Assembly (NCBI RefSeq): GCF_964204645.1
Contig: NC_134027.1
Coordinates: 744,001-808,000 of the forward strand
Source of the DNA: Tubulanus polymorphus
Taxonomy: Eukaryota; Animalia; Nemertea
Direction of reading: 5' to 3'
DNA: 64,000 nt
Shown piece after piece: positions 36,901 to 47,684 of the stretch (within the stretch, counting starts at the first letter, position 1; the number at the start of each line of letters is the position of its first letter). The translations under genes were made by a program, and so were the position numbers. The notes beneath the pieces were generated by a model. The model was not told where the DNA came from. It did no database searches and saw only the letters and a list, made by a program, of their open reading frames with translations.

Positions 36901-39034
36901 CTCTCTCCTCATTCTCTCCCTTACCTCATCTCTCTCCTCTCTCCTCATTCTCTCCCTTACCTCATCTCTCTCCTCATCCTCCCCCTTACCTTATCTCTCT
37001 CCTCTCTCCTCATTCTCTCCCTTACCTCATCTCTCTCCTCTCTCCTCATTCTCTCCCTTACCTCATCTCTCTCCTCATCCTCCCCCTTACCTTATCTCTC
37101 TCCTCTCTCCTCATTCTCTCCCTTACCTCATCTCTCTCCTCATTCTCTCCCTTATCTCTCTCCTCATTCTCTCCCTTACCTCATCTCTCTCCTCTCTCCT
37201 CATTCTCTCCCTTACCTCATCTCTCTCCTCATTCTCTCCCTTACCTTATCTCTCTCCTCTCTCCTCATTCTCTCCCTTACCTCATCTCTCTCCTCATTCT
37301 CTCCCTTACCTCATCTCTCTCCTCTCTCCTCATTCTCTCCCTTACCTCATCTCTCTCCTCTCTCCTCATTCTCTCCCTTACCTCATCTCTCTCCTCATCC
37401 TCCCCCTTACCTTATCTCTCTCCTCTCTCCTCATTCTCTCCCTTACCTCATCTCTCTCCTCTCTCCTCATTCTCTCCCTTACCTCATCTCTCTCCTCATC
37501 CTCCCCCTTACCTTATCTCTCTCCTCTCTCCTCATTCTCTCCCTTACCTCATCTCTCTCCTCCTCATTCTCTCCCTTATCTCATCTCTCTCCTCATTCTC
37601 TCCCTTACCTTATCTCTCTCCTCTTTTCTTTCCCTCTTCTCATACACTTCCCCTCACCTGATGTTTCCTGATGTTAAACCTGCCCCCCCTCTAATGGTCA
37701 ATAAGGGATCATTCATTTATTACGTACACATAAAATTTGAATTTTTCAACCCCCCTCCCCCTCTGTATGCAAAATCGGACATTTTTTCATATACATTAAG
37801 CATTTGTGCACTGACCCCTCCCCCTCCCCTAATGTGTACGTAATAAATGAATGACCCCTAATGTAGAAAAGTGAGGTTAATTTAACAGTAACATATGGCA
37901 TAGAACAAACAGACAGATGGCGTCAGAGTTCACCGTTTACCCTGTACTGTCTTAATCTATATTACAGCGATATGCGACAAAATAAAGGCACGATCCTTAA
38001 AGCATCCGTGGACTACATCCGCAGATTGAAGAAATCCGAAGAGAAAGCTCGTCAATTGGAGGCGGAGAAAAAACACGCAGACGCCGTTAATAGAAAATTA
38101 TTACTGAAATTACAGGTGAGTTCAGGTTTACAGCACTAACAGACTCTCTGCTGAAATATTCTACCAAAACTATAAGAGATCTCGAGATATTGTCAAAACG
38201 CTACCAGACTCCGCTGAAATATTCTCCCAAAACTATGAGATATCTCGAGATATTGTCAAAACGCTACCAGACTCTCCGCTGAAATATTCTCCCAAAACTA
38301 TGAGATATCTCGAGATATTGTCAAAACGCTGACAGTCTCTCCGCTGAAATATTCGACCAAAACTATGAGATATCTCGAGATATTGTCAAAACGCTGACAG
38401 TCTCTCCGCTGAAATATTCGACCAAAACTATGAGATATCTCGAGATATTGTCAAAACGCTACCAGACTCTCCGCTGAAATATTCTCCCAAAACTATGAGA
38501 TATCTTTAGATATTGTCAAAACGCTACCAAACTCTCCGCTGAAATATTCTCCCAAAACTATAAGAGATCTCGAGATATTGTCAAAACGCTGACAGTCAAA
38601 AAACCTCACAGTTCATTCACATCTCACAGAGGGTAACTCCCTGTCGCACAGAGGGTAACCCCTGTCACACAGAGGGTAACCCCCTGTCACACAGAGGGTA
38701 ACCCCCTGTCACACAGAGGGTAACCCCTGTCACACAGAGGGTAACCCCCTGTCACACAGATGGTTACCCCTGTCACACAGAGGGTAACCCCCTGTCACAC
38801 AGAGGGTACCTCCTGTCACACAGAGGGTAACCCCCTGTCACACAGAGGGGTACCTCTGGTAACTCTGGTTCTCCCTGTTACACAGATGGTAAAAATAATT
38901 ATGAAATTAATTTTTTTCAGCAAATGGAATTAATGATGAAAGCGAATAAAATAAACGAAGTTCAAATGGATACAGAAAACACAAGTCATCAGTTACAGAC
39001 AGTGCTGACACCTACAGGATTAAATCAACATCAA

Positions 39035-39075
<41 letters not shown>

Positions 39076-39292
39076 GCAACAACAGCAGCATCAATCATTA
39101 TTAAACAGTTTACATCAAGTTTCTATAAAACAAGAAGAAAGTGAACAGATGAATGTGTTCGATCATAGTTTCCTTAATGCACAGTCTGTAATTGATGATA
39201 TGATGGATGATAGTTCTCCGATTGGAGCAGATCCGATGCTCTCAGCTCCGATACTCGATATTCACAACGGCGACGACTATTTGAAATTATAA
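27808..39292 (+). CDS. Mitf: MiT/TFE family bHLH-Zip transcription factor (MITF/TFEB/TFE3 pro-ortholog), ~494 aa; exons 27808-27941, 30418-30625, 30977-31228, 32511-32630, 36045-36219, 36422-36497, 37968-38115, 38921-39292
   Basis: All junctions are GT-AG and phase-compatible (2,0,0,0,1,2,0). Motifs: [93 protein letters not shown]. Confidence 0.95.
28600..28830. repeat. Degenerate cagtccagt-based minisatellite in Mitf intron 1
   Basis: Repeated gtcagtccagtagtggtcag and gttctcactgttcagtcca. Confidence 0.85.
29000..29270 (+). promoter_or_regulatory. Putative internal promoter for alternative exon B
   Basis: CACGTG at 29010 and 29055, ATTGG at 29081, TATATAAA at ~29167, RFX X-box-like GTAACCATGGTAAC at 29252-29265. 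Confidence 0.5.
29424..29449 (+). CDS. Mitf: Candidate alternative first coding exon B of Mitf/TFE (MSPVCDYM-)
   Basis: aagATG start, 26 nt, consensus donor AG|GTAAGT, phase 2 matching the exon at 30418. Confidence 0.6.
29681..29830. mobile_element. Tc1/mariner-superfamily (pogo/Tigger-like) MITE
   Basis: ta|caatggaacctcg ... gaaggttgcgctg|ta: degenerate TIRs with TA flanks. Confidence 0.6.
30418..30625 (+). CDS. Mitf: Mitf/TFE exon 2 (Rag-binding N-terminal helix)
   Basis: [22 protein letters not shown] ... VELPPQIFK, matching MITF MTSRILLRQQLMREQ ... VPMEVLK. Confidence 0.92.
30661..30881. mobile_element. Two adjacent ~100-bp MITE copies forming a nested palindrome
   Basis: TIR cagttccaca(a/g)ttatgagtt ... 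aactcataactgtggaactg at 30662-30761 and again at 30781-30880. Confidence 0.75.
30977..31228 (+). CDS. Mitf: Mitf/TFE exon 3
   Basis: [26 protein letters not shown] ... [12 protein letters not shown] (site like TFEB S142 / MITF-M S73). Confidence 0.93.
31235..31400. repeat. C-rich ~19-20-bp minisatellite (cagaataccccctaccccct)
   Basis: Directly visible just after the exon 3 donor. Confidence 0.85.
31713..32460. repeat. 21-bp minisatellite, ~35 copies
   Basis: Unit tcctctcaatatctgagacc(a/g). Confidence 0.97.
32511..32630 (+). CDS. Mitf: Mitf/TFE exon 4 (acidic activation domain)
   Basis: [13 protein letters not shown] resembles MITF MDDVIDDIISLES; tag| and |gtaagt junctions, phases 0/0. Confidence 0.88.
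32833..34043. repeat. 43-bp minisatellite, ~28 copies
   Basis: Unit aaactagtgaatctagcaggcgcgagtgtagtatctctccctt. Confidence 0.98.
34628..34705 (+). CDS. Mitf: Candidate internal alternative first exon C of Mitf/TFE ([26 protein letters not shown])
   Basis: acaacaATG start, 78 nt open, donor AAG|GTAAC, phase 0 matching the exon at 36045; upstream TCAGTT initiator-like motif at ~34558. Confidence 0.6.
36045..36219 (+). CDS. Mitf: Mitf/TFE exon 5
   Basis: [11 protein letters not shown]...STSCP (like the TFEB S211 14-3-3 site), IKEE SUMO consensus, [11 protein letters not shown] basic region. Confidence 0.95.
36220..36362 (+). repeat. Tandem repeat of GTGAGT-containing 11/12-mers starting at the exon 5 donor
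   Basis: gtgagtttact and gtgagttattca units repeated about 12 times. Confidence 0.9.
36422..36497 (+). CDS. Mitf: Mitf/TFE exon 6 (basic region / helix 1)
   Basis: (I)[25 protein letters not shown]; 76 nt, phases 1/2. Confidence 0.95.
36515..37630. repeat. Polypyrimidine (CT-rich) minisatellite, ~1.1 kb
   Basis: Variants of ctcattctctcccttacctcatctctctcctct. Confidence 0.97.
37705..37858. mobile_element. PIF/Harbinger (Tourist-like) MITE
   Basis: TIRs gggatcattcatttattacgtacaca / tgtgtacgtaataaatgaatgacccc with a TAA duplication on both sides. Confidence 0.85.
37968..38115 (+). CDS. Mitf: Mitf/TFE exon 7 (helix 2 plus leucine zipper)
   Basis: [49 protein letters not shown]. Confidence 0.96.
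38135..38597. repeat. 65-bp minisatellite, ~7 copies
   Basis: Unit aaaacgctaccagactctccgctgaaatattctcccaaaactatgagatatctcgagatattgtc. Confidence 0.95.
38625..38892. repeat. 21-22-bp minisatellite
   Basis: Unit cacagagggtaaccccctgtca. Confidence 0.95.
38921..39292 (+). CDS. Mitf: Mitf/TFE last coding exon (polyQ, IKQE, DDMMDD..DPMLS)
   Basis: ttttttcag| acceptor, phase 0; conserved MiT/TFE C-terminal motif; TAA stop. Confidence 0.93.
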
Positions 39293-40959
39293 CGAATTCA
39301 AAATAACGACTGCGATTGTCGTCGCGTTCGAATCGGAAAAATGCGCTGAACTCAAACGAGATTTAATCAAAACGAATCATCGAGAATCGGACTGCGGTTT
39401 ATAGACTACAAAATGTTCTGCGGTTTATAGACTACGCTGCGTTCTGCGGTTGATAAAATCGGTTAAATTTCAAACTGAAAATTGTGCAATAAATCAACGA
39501 ATGTAAAATTACAGTAAAAATGAAACTGAGTGAAATAAGAAACAGTGAATGAGAGAAAGAGAATATGAAGGCAGCTCGCGGTTCATTCTGTATGATATTA
39601 ATATTCTGCAGTGATTGTATGAATTTGTATCAGAATGTAGGGGAAGGGGAGGGAGTAGGGAGTTTAGGGGGGGGGGCAGTGATTTCAAATCCACTCAGAC
39701 TGTGCTTTCTGACCTCGGGTTCTATAAATGGGTTCTAACCATTAAAACTGATAAAAGTCTGTTGTGAGTGCCTTGCGTTTGAGTCTGTGTCAGTCCGGGA
39801 TTGGTGTAAATCTTACCGATGAATGGCGATTTGTTCAACTAAAACTTGTTAAACCAGGCCCAGATCGAAAGCTGTAATCGAGCCTAGGGCTTTGATCGGG
39901 GCTGCGACTGGGCCTAGGACTGATAAAGTTTATCAAGGAGGAACTGCAGTAAAACGCTGTAATTTTGTTGTACAATAATAAAAGGTCACACTCGATGTTA
40001 ACTTGTTTTTCACTAAAGTTTTTATATCATAATAATATGTTAAAGTTTAAATGTATATTGTATATATGTATGTATATATGGATAGATAGAGAGATAAAAT
40101 GGTTAAAACATTATCAGGAAACTTTAGAGCGAGGTTTATTTTTTATCAGGTTAAGAACAATTCAGTTTTCAGATTAGATATAAAAATTCACCTCGTTTAC
40201 CTAAATCTCTAAGCATTGAATAATGGAAACTTTCGATTTGCTGGTTTTTGGCAATTTTCCAGGTGTAAGTTTTCAAAATTATTATAAATTGCTTACACAT
40301 TCGTAATATATGTGAATTGTGATTGGTTTTGTGTAATGCCTAGCTAGGTTGAATGGTTAAGTTCGGTATTTAAGAGCTGACTAGGTTTAAGAGGTCAGAG
40401 TTGTTCACTCCAATAAACATAAAATTCATGTAAATAGCTTCATTTGTATATTATATCATTTACTACAAGAAACTTCAGAAAATAACGGACCGATTCTGAT
40501 TGGATTTTATGAAACTTGACCCTCTCTTGTCCCAACTAGGGCTGTAAATCATTGTTAATAATTTGAATTCAAGATTGAAATAGCCTTGACACCAAAACAC
40601 TATGAGTACCGTGAGATAAATTGTAAAAATGACCCTTAAGATATTCAGTTTCTAGTTCAGGCAAACTTGTAACGGTGATTATTGATCCCAGGTTACAGCG
40701 TCACTGTACGGAATCTAGTTAAATTCTGACAACTAATAGAAATAAAGAGAACAGTTTGTTTTCTGTGAACTGTTGCGATTAATTAGAGTATTGCGATTGC
40801 TACTTTATGTACCGTATATAATTGTTTATGTACAGAATGGTTAAATGTACAGATATGTTATTTACAAATTCATGATGCAGAAACTTTAAATACAAGAAAT
40901 CTTGTGATAAGGGGAAATATATACATTTTATTATTAAACTAACTTGATTGTCTTTTGAT

Positions 40960-41270
40960 TTGGTCCTGATGCTGATTAGAGGATGTACGGGGGTGTCCCG
41001 GGTTCGAACCCAGTGATTACTGATACTGATTCATAGTGGTCCTGATGCTGAATAGAGGATGTACAGGGGTGTCCCGGGCTCGAACCCAGTAATTACTGAT
41101 ACTGATTCAGAGCGATCCTGATGCTGAATTGAGGGTGTCCAGGGTTCGACCCCACTAGTGGTCCTGAGGCTGAGTAGAGGATGTACAGGGTGTCCCGGGT
41201 TCGAACCTAGTAATTACTGATACTTGAGTTGTCTTGATGCCGAATAGAGGATGTACAGGGGTGTCCAGAC
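40960..41270 (+). repeat. 76-bp B-box-containing tandem repeat, ~4 copies
   Basis: Unit tggtcctgatgctgaatagaggatgtacaggggtgtcccgggttcgaacccagtaattactgatactgattc. Confidence 0.9.
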
Positions 41271-42379
41271 CGTACGGTCCTGCCGCTATGCTCATCGTTA
41301 GCGGGGTTTTCATACACTAACTAAAGTCAACTCTGGCAATCGACGTGGTTATGAGCCGGTGTAAGTCAACACAGATTCAAGAAGGTGTCTCTACGAGAGG
41401 GCGCCACAAAACGATAGCTTCACAAACGTACGACATCAGGAGTGCTCCGTCCAGGTGTCGGGGACCGCCGGTAACTCCTAGGTATCGCGGGTATCCTCGG
41501 TATCTTGGTTATCGCAGGTAGCCAGAGGCTCACAGGCCGTGAGGCAGGACGTATCCTCGGTATCTTCGGTATCGCAGGTAACCTGGAGGCTCACAACAGG
41601 CCGTGAGACTGTCAGGTATCCTCGGTATCTCGGCGGTATCGGCGTTGGTATCGAGATCACCGCGCGTATCCTGGCGGGCTGGGATCTCACAGGCCGCGAG
41701 ACAGGTATCCTCGGTATCGTTGGTATCGCAGGGGGTAACCTTGAGGATCGCAGGTCGTGAGCAGGTGACGTATTAAGACCGAATTCGGTGAGGGCATTTT
41801 CAATAGATTAAGCGAGATAAAAAAATTTTATCCCAGACGAAAAATAGACATTTTAAATCATTATCATCACCGAGCTTAGTAAAACGTAAGACATATATTA
41901 CTCAATAGGTTAACTAGTTAACAGTATTTAACTAATACGAAGAGGACACTAACTAGAGAAAACTGCAGTAGTGATAGCAGGTATCTGCAGCCGAAAAATC
42001 AAGGAAATTATGTGGATCAATGACCTAGGCTTCATCGAGAAAGAGTGAAAAACTGCTGGTTAAAAAGTTACGCTTTTGAATAGTGTTGTCATTTAGTTTT
42101 CATCAAACTTTTTAAAGTTTTAAAAAGTTTTAACCTTTAGAGTACCAACTAAGCATATACCTTACAATAAGTACGAATACTTATTGGTTGGCTGCCTATT
42201 AAGCCGAAGATACGAAGAAAGATTAGAAGGAAAGAAAGGGCGTCACTCCGCACTTTTGGAATGCACCATGGATACAGTCCCGTAGAATGTCCAATCCGTA
42301 TTTTCTAGCCATCCTGAAGCCATCCCCGCAATACAATCTGAAACATTAAAAAGAATAAAATACTTGGCGAAACCAGAGA

Positions 42380-42455
42380 GACTGACCCCAGCCGGGTTCG
42401 ACACTGCGACCGTTAAGACTTCAGACGAGCACTCTAACCACTGGACCATAGACCC
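42380..42455 (-). mobile_element. tRNA-derived SINE head or tRNA pseudogene
   Basis: The minus strand reads gggtctatggtccagtggttagagtgctcgtctgaagtcttaacggtcgcagtgtcgaacccggctggggtc, with A-box (tggtccagtgg) and B-box-like (gtcgaacc) motifs but no intact cloverleaf. Confidence 0.6.
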
Positions 42456-42695
42456 GTGATAGTTACAGAGGATTTTAAGTTTGGTTTTCACTATGCAACT
42501 TTGTATGTGTTCGCGATTTTCAGAATATATCGCCAACAGTTTTTCAAACGGATGAGCAAACATAGAGCTAGTGGGGTTAACTGAGGACACATCATGATGA
42601 TAATTAATTGTATTTAATTCGTCGATTTGATCGAAATAATTTGGGTGGCGTTTATCGGGTTCGAATCCCATCAGAACATTTTGACTTTCTACACT

Positions 42696-42799
42696 GGGCG
42701 GGAATTTCAGCACTTTTCATTGGTCAGGATAATGACGTCACACTGTCAGTATAAAACCCAGGTCAGCTGATCCCTCCTTCCAGTTCGGCCATTTTTCAG
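42696..42799 (+). promoter_or_regulatory. Pol II promoter plus short non-coding exon 1 of an unknown gene
   Basis: GGGCGG at 42696, ATTGG at 42719, TGACGTCA at 42733, TATAAAA at 42750, Inr-like CCAGTT at ~42780, donor CAG|GTAAG at 42799/42800. Confidence 0.75.
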
Positions 42800-43392
42800 G
42801 TAAGCAAAGGTCTATTTTATCGATCAAATTTTACTATGAGATTTTTATAACTATACCTAAAATGTTTCTTGTACCGTTTACGTAAGGTAATTTCTGAAAA
42901 TAGATTCCGAAAGGACAAATTATAAAATAGGTGCGAAATGTGTGTAAATTTTGTTATTTTCTAATTAAAAGTACTTTCTGTGTTACTCGTAAAAATTTTT
43001 GAAAAATTCGAAATTTCCATGACATTGATTTTCAATATAGATAGCCATGATTAAGAAATTTTATGCAATTTCATTGTTTAAAGCATCTGTAAAAGTTGAG
43101 TAAATTTTCTGCTGTTCAGATCTACGCGCTAAAGCGGCTAGTTGACATGCCTAGGTGTAATACACAGACAGCTCAGTCTATTCAACCATGACTCGAATCC
43201 ATAGAAACTTTCGTTCGAAGCGTCGTTCAACTTAATTCTGGTGGCTTCTATATTTAATATTTAGAAAATAATGATACCCAATTATTTAATGTTAATTATT
43301 ATTATTATTTAATAGAAACTTGAGTTAGCTATTTCTTAGAATCAATAATTTTCGATTTTCTTGATTTGTATAACATTGTTTTTACATTGCAG

Positions 43393-43530
43393 CAGCACAG
43401 CAGACCAACTACGAGACAGCAGCAGACCAACTACTAGACAGCAGCAGACCAACTACGAGACAGCAGCAGACCAACTACGAGACAGCAGCAGACCAACTAC
43501 GAGATAGCAGCAGACCAACTACGTGACTGT
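43393..43530 (+). repeat. 22-bp repeat in the putative 5' UTR
   Basis: cagcagcagaccaactacgaga, ~6 copies, directly after the acceptor ttacattgcag. Confidence 0.9.
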
Positions 43531-43574
43531 AGCAGTAAAACTACATTGGAAATTCAACTTTGAATATCAACACC

Positions 43575-46500
43575 ATGTCAACAAAAATGTTTTTGGGACT
43601 TTTGAACTTGGTGCGCGCCGAGGTCCTGACACTCAATCCTTTATCCTTTGGCGCGTTTTGTGATTTGAGTAAGTACAAACTCTACTTCATCAAATTCTCG
43701 ATTATTTTTTGTGACGAGCATCTAAAATTATTTGATTTCCAACATCTGAAATTATTTGATCTCAAATTCACAATTATTTTATCTCAAATCTCCGCCTTAT
43801 TGGATTTCCTAAATTTCAAATTGTCTCAATCTCCATCATCTAATGTCAATTTCTTTCTTTTTTTTATTTCGGGAAACTCAATTTATGTCTCACACTGATT
43901 TCATTTATTTCGAAAATATCATATTATGTTTCTAGTCTCTTATTCTATTTCAATTTTCAATTCTTCGATTATAAATTTTTCATTTTGACGAATGATGCAA
44001 TTTTGTCACCACTCTTAAACTCGATTGAATTTGCTAACAAATCTAATGGTGAATAAAGTTTGAATTGAATTGAATAGTGAGTAGAGGCTTTGGTGGATGA
44101 GAATTAACTTGAGGAAGTAACTTCATTTCCTGGTTCCTGGTTTCCGTTTCAAATATCGTCGAAATTGTGAGATATTTACCATTTTATTCACATTCAATGC
44201 TGTATCCAGTCAATAGAGATAAGTTACAACATAAACAGTTTAAACTGTCTAGGCCTCCAGACCAATGCACTTCATGGAAAATCCTGATTTATATTTAATA
44301 AATCAAGTAACTGGACTGTGCGGTTCAGTCCGTTTATTTAGACAGTAAGCAGATTGCAGTTTAATCCATATTTCAATCAGTAACTGGACTGCGGTTTAGT
44401 CCATAGTTTAGTCAATAACTGGACCGGGTTTAGCTGATAGTTTAGTCAGGAACCGGATAGCTTTTTAATCCGTATCCAGATACCCGTCACATAATGGGAC
44501 CAACTTTTTAGACACTGCTGAAAAGTAGCACTAGTATTTACGGTACTTTCATTTTTCTCTGCGACTCCAGGATTCGACAACATGTGATTTTCTTTTTATT
44601 AATCATTGATCAATCGTCAGGAAATTCAGGATCACTTTTTTAATTTATTGGTTAAACTTCGTTTTTCATATCTCTAGGTAGTTACTCAAAACATTTTGAG
44701 ATCCCGAGATCATGGCGGGAAGAAGGTATATCTCGCGACTGTTATCATGAGCTTATCTGCGAACTAGTCTCAAGCCGCACCCACTCAATGTTTATACTAG
44801 ATCTAAACTACGGATATGATGTTTCATAGGAATGTTGTTCACTAGCTCGGCTCATAGTCCCAATCTTCATCGTCTAATTGTTGGCGAATCCTAGATATTG
44901 CGGCCTTGCGGTGAATAGAGTTCACACACGATTTATTTCTAACGGATTCATTATTACGGTCAATGGTTAGCGCCTCGTACTGAGTCACTTTAGTTGTGAC
45001 CTTCCGCAGGACGTGGTTCTTACTTAAGCTGAGCAGATCATCCCGTCTGTGCTTACATTTGTTGCCATAATAATGCCCAGCTGCCATAGAATTCTTCAAT
45101 GGTGTATCTGTGAGTTTTTACAAACGCCCAAGATTCCTTGTTTCCTTCTGGACTGCGAGTGACATTAACTACCAGCAGCCATGACACGTATTCATCAATG
45201 AATCGTCTGCAACATCACTGGTTCAGTTTCAATCATCCTTACGCCATGATGGTTTCCTTTTACCCTGCGAGTGATGTTAACTATGAGCAGCATGACGGTT
45301 TCCTTTGGACTGCGAGTGACATTAACTACCAGCAGCCATGATGGTTTCCTTTGGACTGCGAGTGATGTTAACTACCAGCAGCCATGACGGTTTCCTTTGG
45401 ACTGCGAGTGACATCAACTACCAGCAGCCATGATAGTCTCCTTTGGACTGCGAATTCCAATCAGAAACATTTGTTAACGCTTTTATCTTTTCCACTCTAT
45501 TGTGTACGAATGTTTTCAATATTTCTGAACCAAATCCAACATTCATGTTTGGATATATAGATCCATATTTTTGCAATTCTTAAAAACCGGTAACTGCCTA
45601 ATTAGGTATGAAAATAAAGGTGCCAAACTGTAGCCTATTAGGCGGAGTCTACTGCATAATGAATACCACTTTAAAATGGCTGTGCATGGAATTTTGTTGG
45701 TCTGAATAAATCAATCGCTGGTGTAAGATGAATTGTACATTCTAGGTAAGTTATGTAATGAATATGTGGAGTACCGATAGGCCTATTGCTGACAATGAAT
45801 GAATTACAGCCATTTGTGGTGATAGTGAAATATTGTTCTTCAAAATGAATGTTTTTTATATGTAGTGAGTGTTGTTTCTGAAGGTGCAGTAGCGGGCAGT
45901 GTTGTGTGAAATGGTTTTTACTGGTTTTAGATTCAGCGAAGTGAAATTATTTATGTCGTTTTTCTGTTTTAATTCATGCTGTAAATAGTTTAAACAATAA
46001 AATATTAAAAAATCAGTCATAATTTTATCTTCATTTTTGACAAAATATAATATGTTATACACACTTGCCTCATGTTCAGAGGAAATAAAATGCAAATTCT
46101 CCCACTTATCGTGGATGGAGTGTGGCCCTGTATGCAATCAAAAAGTGTTCTACAAAATAATTGAATAGGTTTCTGAAGTGTGGACAAATTTTTCACTCAT
46201 CCAATTGAAAAGTAATTACTGAATAAAAGGGATTATCGATCAATTTTTTGTTTACAGCGCGACATCTGTGTTAAATTAGATCTTTTATCGTTGCAAAGTT
46301 TCCATTTCAATTGGTTGATAAATGAAAAGTTATCATGCGTGTTATTCCAAAGAGGTTCCCAGATTTTGAAAACAAGGGTCATGGGTAACAATTCCATTGA
46401 TTATTCATTATAATGTATAGTTTTTGTCACCTGGAACCTGGTACGTCATCACCCCCCAGACAAAAATCAAGTGTATTTTTGATTCATGATTTGCTACCAA

Positions 46501-47353
46501 AATTGATTGTCGGTAATTGTAGGATGTAATTTATTACAATCAGTAGTTCCAGTAATGAATTAACAAAAGTGTTAGTCGCCAGCAACTAGCAAAGTACCCG
46601 TCCACATACAGCGTTGGTTCTGAAACATATAAGTATATAAGACATAAAAATACCATTATTAAAAATTGTATTGAAAGATTCAATTATCAGCCTCACTTAT
46701 GATATACTGTCGACTTATCGTTATTATGTAATGGATGATGCAAATTATGAGAGCGGTAAAAAGTGTAGTTACAACAGCGTTAGTCGTACAACCATATCGT
46801 ACAACCAGTGACATTATCACTTCTCACAAAATAACTTTGTTCATTCTTCCATCACGTCACATTCACCTATTGGATAACTGCATCATTTTATAGGTTAATA
46901 TCTAGAAATACGATAATTATATGCGAACATGTCATTATGTCATTTATGTGTAATATGCATGATCCTTAATGTTTTTTTTTTTTCATTCCAGATTTAGACA
47001 TCATTGAAAACATCCAAAATGACCAGTCTGAATCAGCCCGCAGAGCACTTCCAGCATTACGAGATACTTATAAAAGGTTAGCATCTATCTGCAGGCCTCA
47101 GGAACCAACTCCTCCAGAAATCGTTCCACCTTTTGAGTTGGTTCCTTTGCAGGAGGTGGACCCTGCTTCTCCCGTAAATGTGGAGCAGGAGGTCGCCCCT
47201 GCAGTGGTGACCCCGGCAAAGGCGCCACAGCTTCAGACGCCCGCCCAGGCATCGACATCGGGCGCTCCAGCGAGGCCACCACCTTCCCCGCTGTCGAGCG
47301 CAAGAAAGGAAAAAATTGCGCAAGAAAGGAAACCACAGCAAAGACAACGGTAA
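43575..47353 (+). CDS. Hypothetical orphan protein, ~151 aa; coding exons 43575-43668 and 46992-47353
   Basis: aacaccATG start; MSTKMFLGLLNLVRAEVLTLNPLSFGAFCDL then gtaagt donor (phase 1); T-rich ccag acceptor continues in frame as NLDIIENIQNDQSESARRALPALRDTYKRLASICRPQEPTPP...RKPQQRQR*; AATAAA at ~47512. Confidence 0.65.
44842..45145 (-). mobile_element. Possible decayed Penelope-like GIY-YIG endonuclease fragment (intronic)
   Basis: Frame-broken ETRNLGRL then SMAAGHY...HVLRKV..KVTQYEALTIDRN, resembling the GETxRxLxxR..SAxAxH...ExLxI layout; judged by eye only. Confidence 0.3.
45140..45453. repeat. 46-bp minisatellite, ~5 copies
   Basis: Unit ggtttcctttggactgcgagtgacattaactaccagcagccatga(t/c). 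Confidence 0.92.
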
Positions 47354-47684
47354 TCAATTTCATTTCATTTCTTGTGTGTGAAACCATCACCATCTGGATC
47401 AGTGATCAATGCATGAATTTATGAGTTCATAATTGAACAAAGGATAGAATAGAAAAATGCAAAAATCTGCAAAAATGCAATGATTGAGAATCGCTGATAA
47501 AGAAAGTATAAAATAAAGATCTTGGATTGGAAAGTTTGTTGTTATCACATCAGTGATCAGGTTTTATGGATTGATATTGATCTCTACTGATTCTAACGAT
47601 CACCAGGATCAAGGGTTCCCGGTTGAGTTCAACATTCTTGTTAATAGATAGTCTTCATTAATCTCTTGTTGAAATCAATAAGGC

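Noticed and set aside
36491-37843. 450-aa Leu/Ser/Pro ORF
   Set aside because: It is a CT-rich intronic repeat that cannot encode stops; it lies inside Mitf intron 6.
42380-42455. Functional tRNA gene
   Set aside because: The acceptor and T stems do not pair properly and the T-loop is mutated; better explained as a SINE head or pseudogene.
47078-47393. Minus-strand 89- and 102-aa ORFs
   Set aside because: They are antisense to the plus-strand exon 46992-47353, which has the supporting acceptor, phase match and poly(A) signal.
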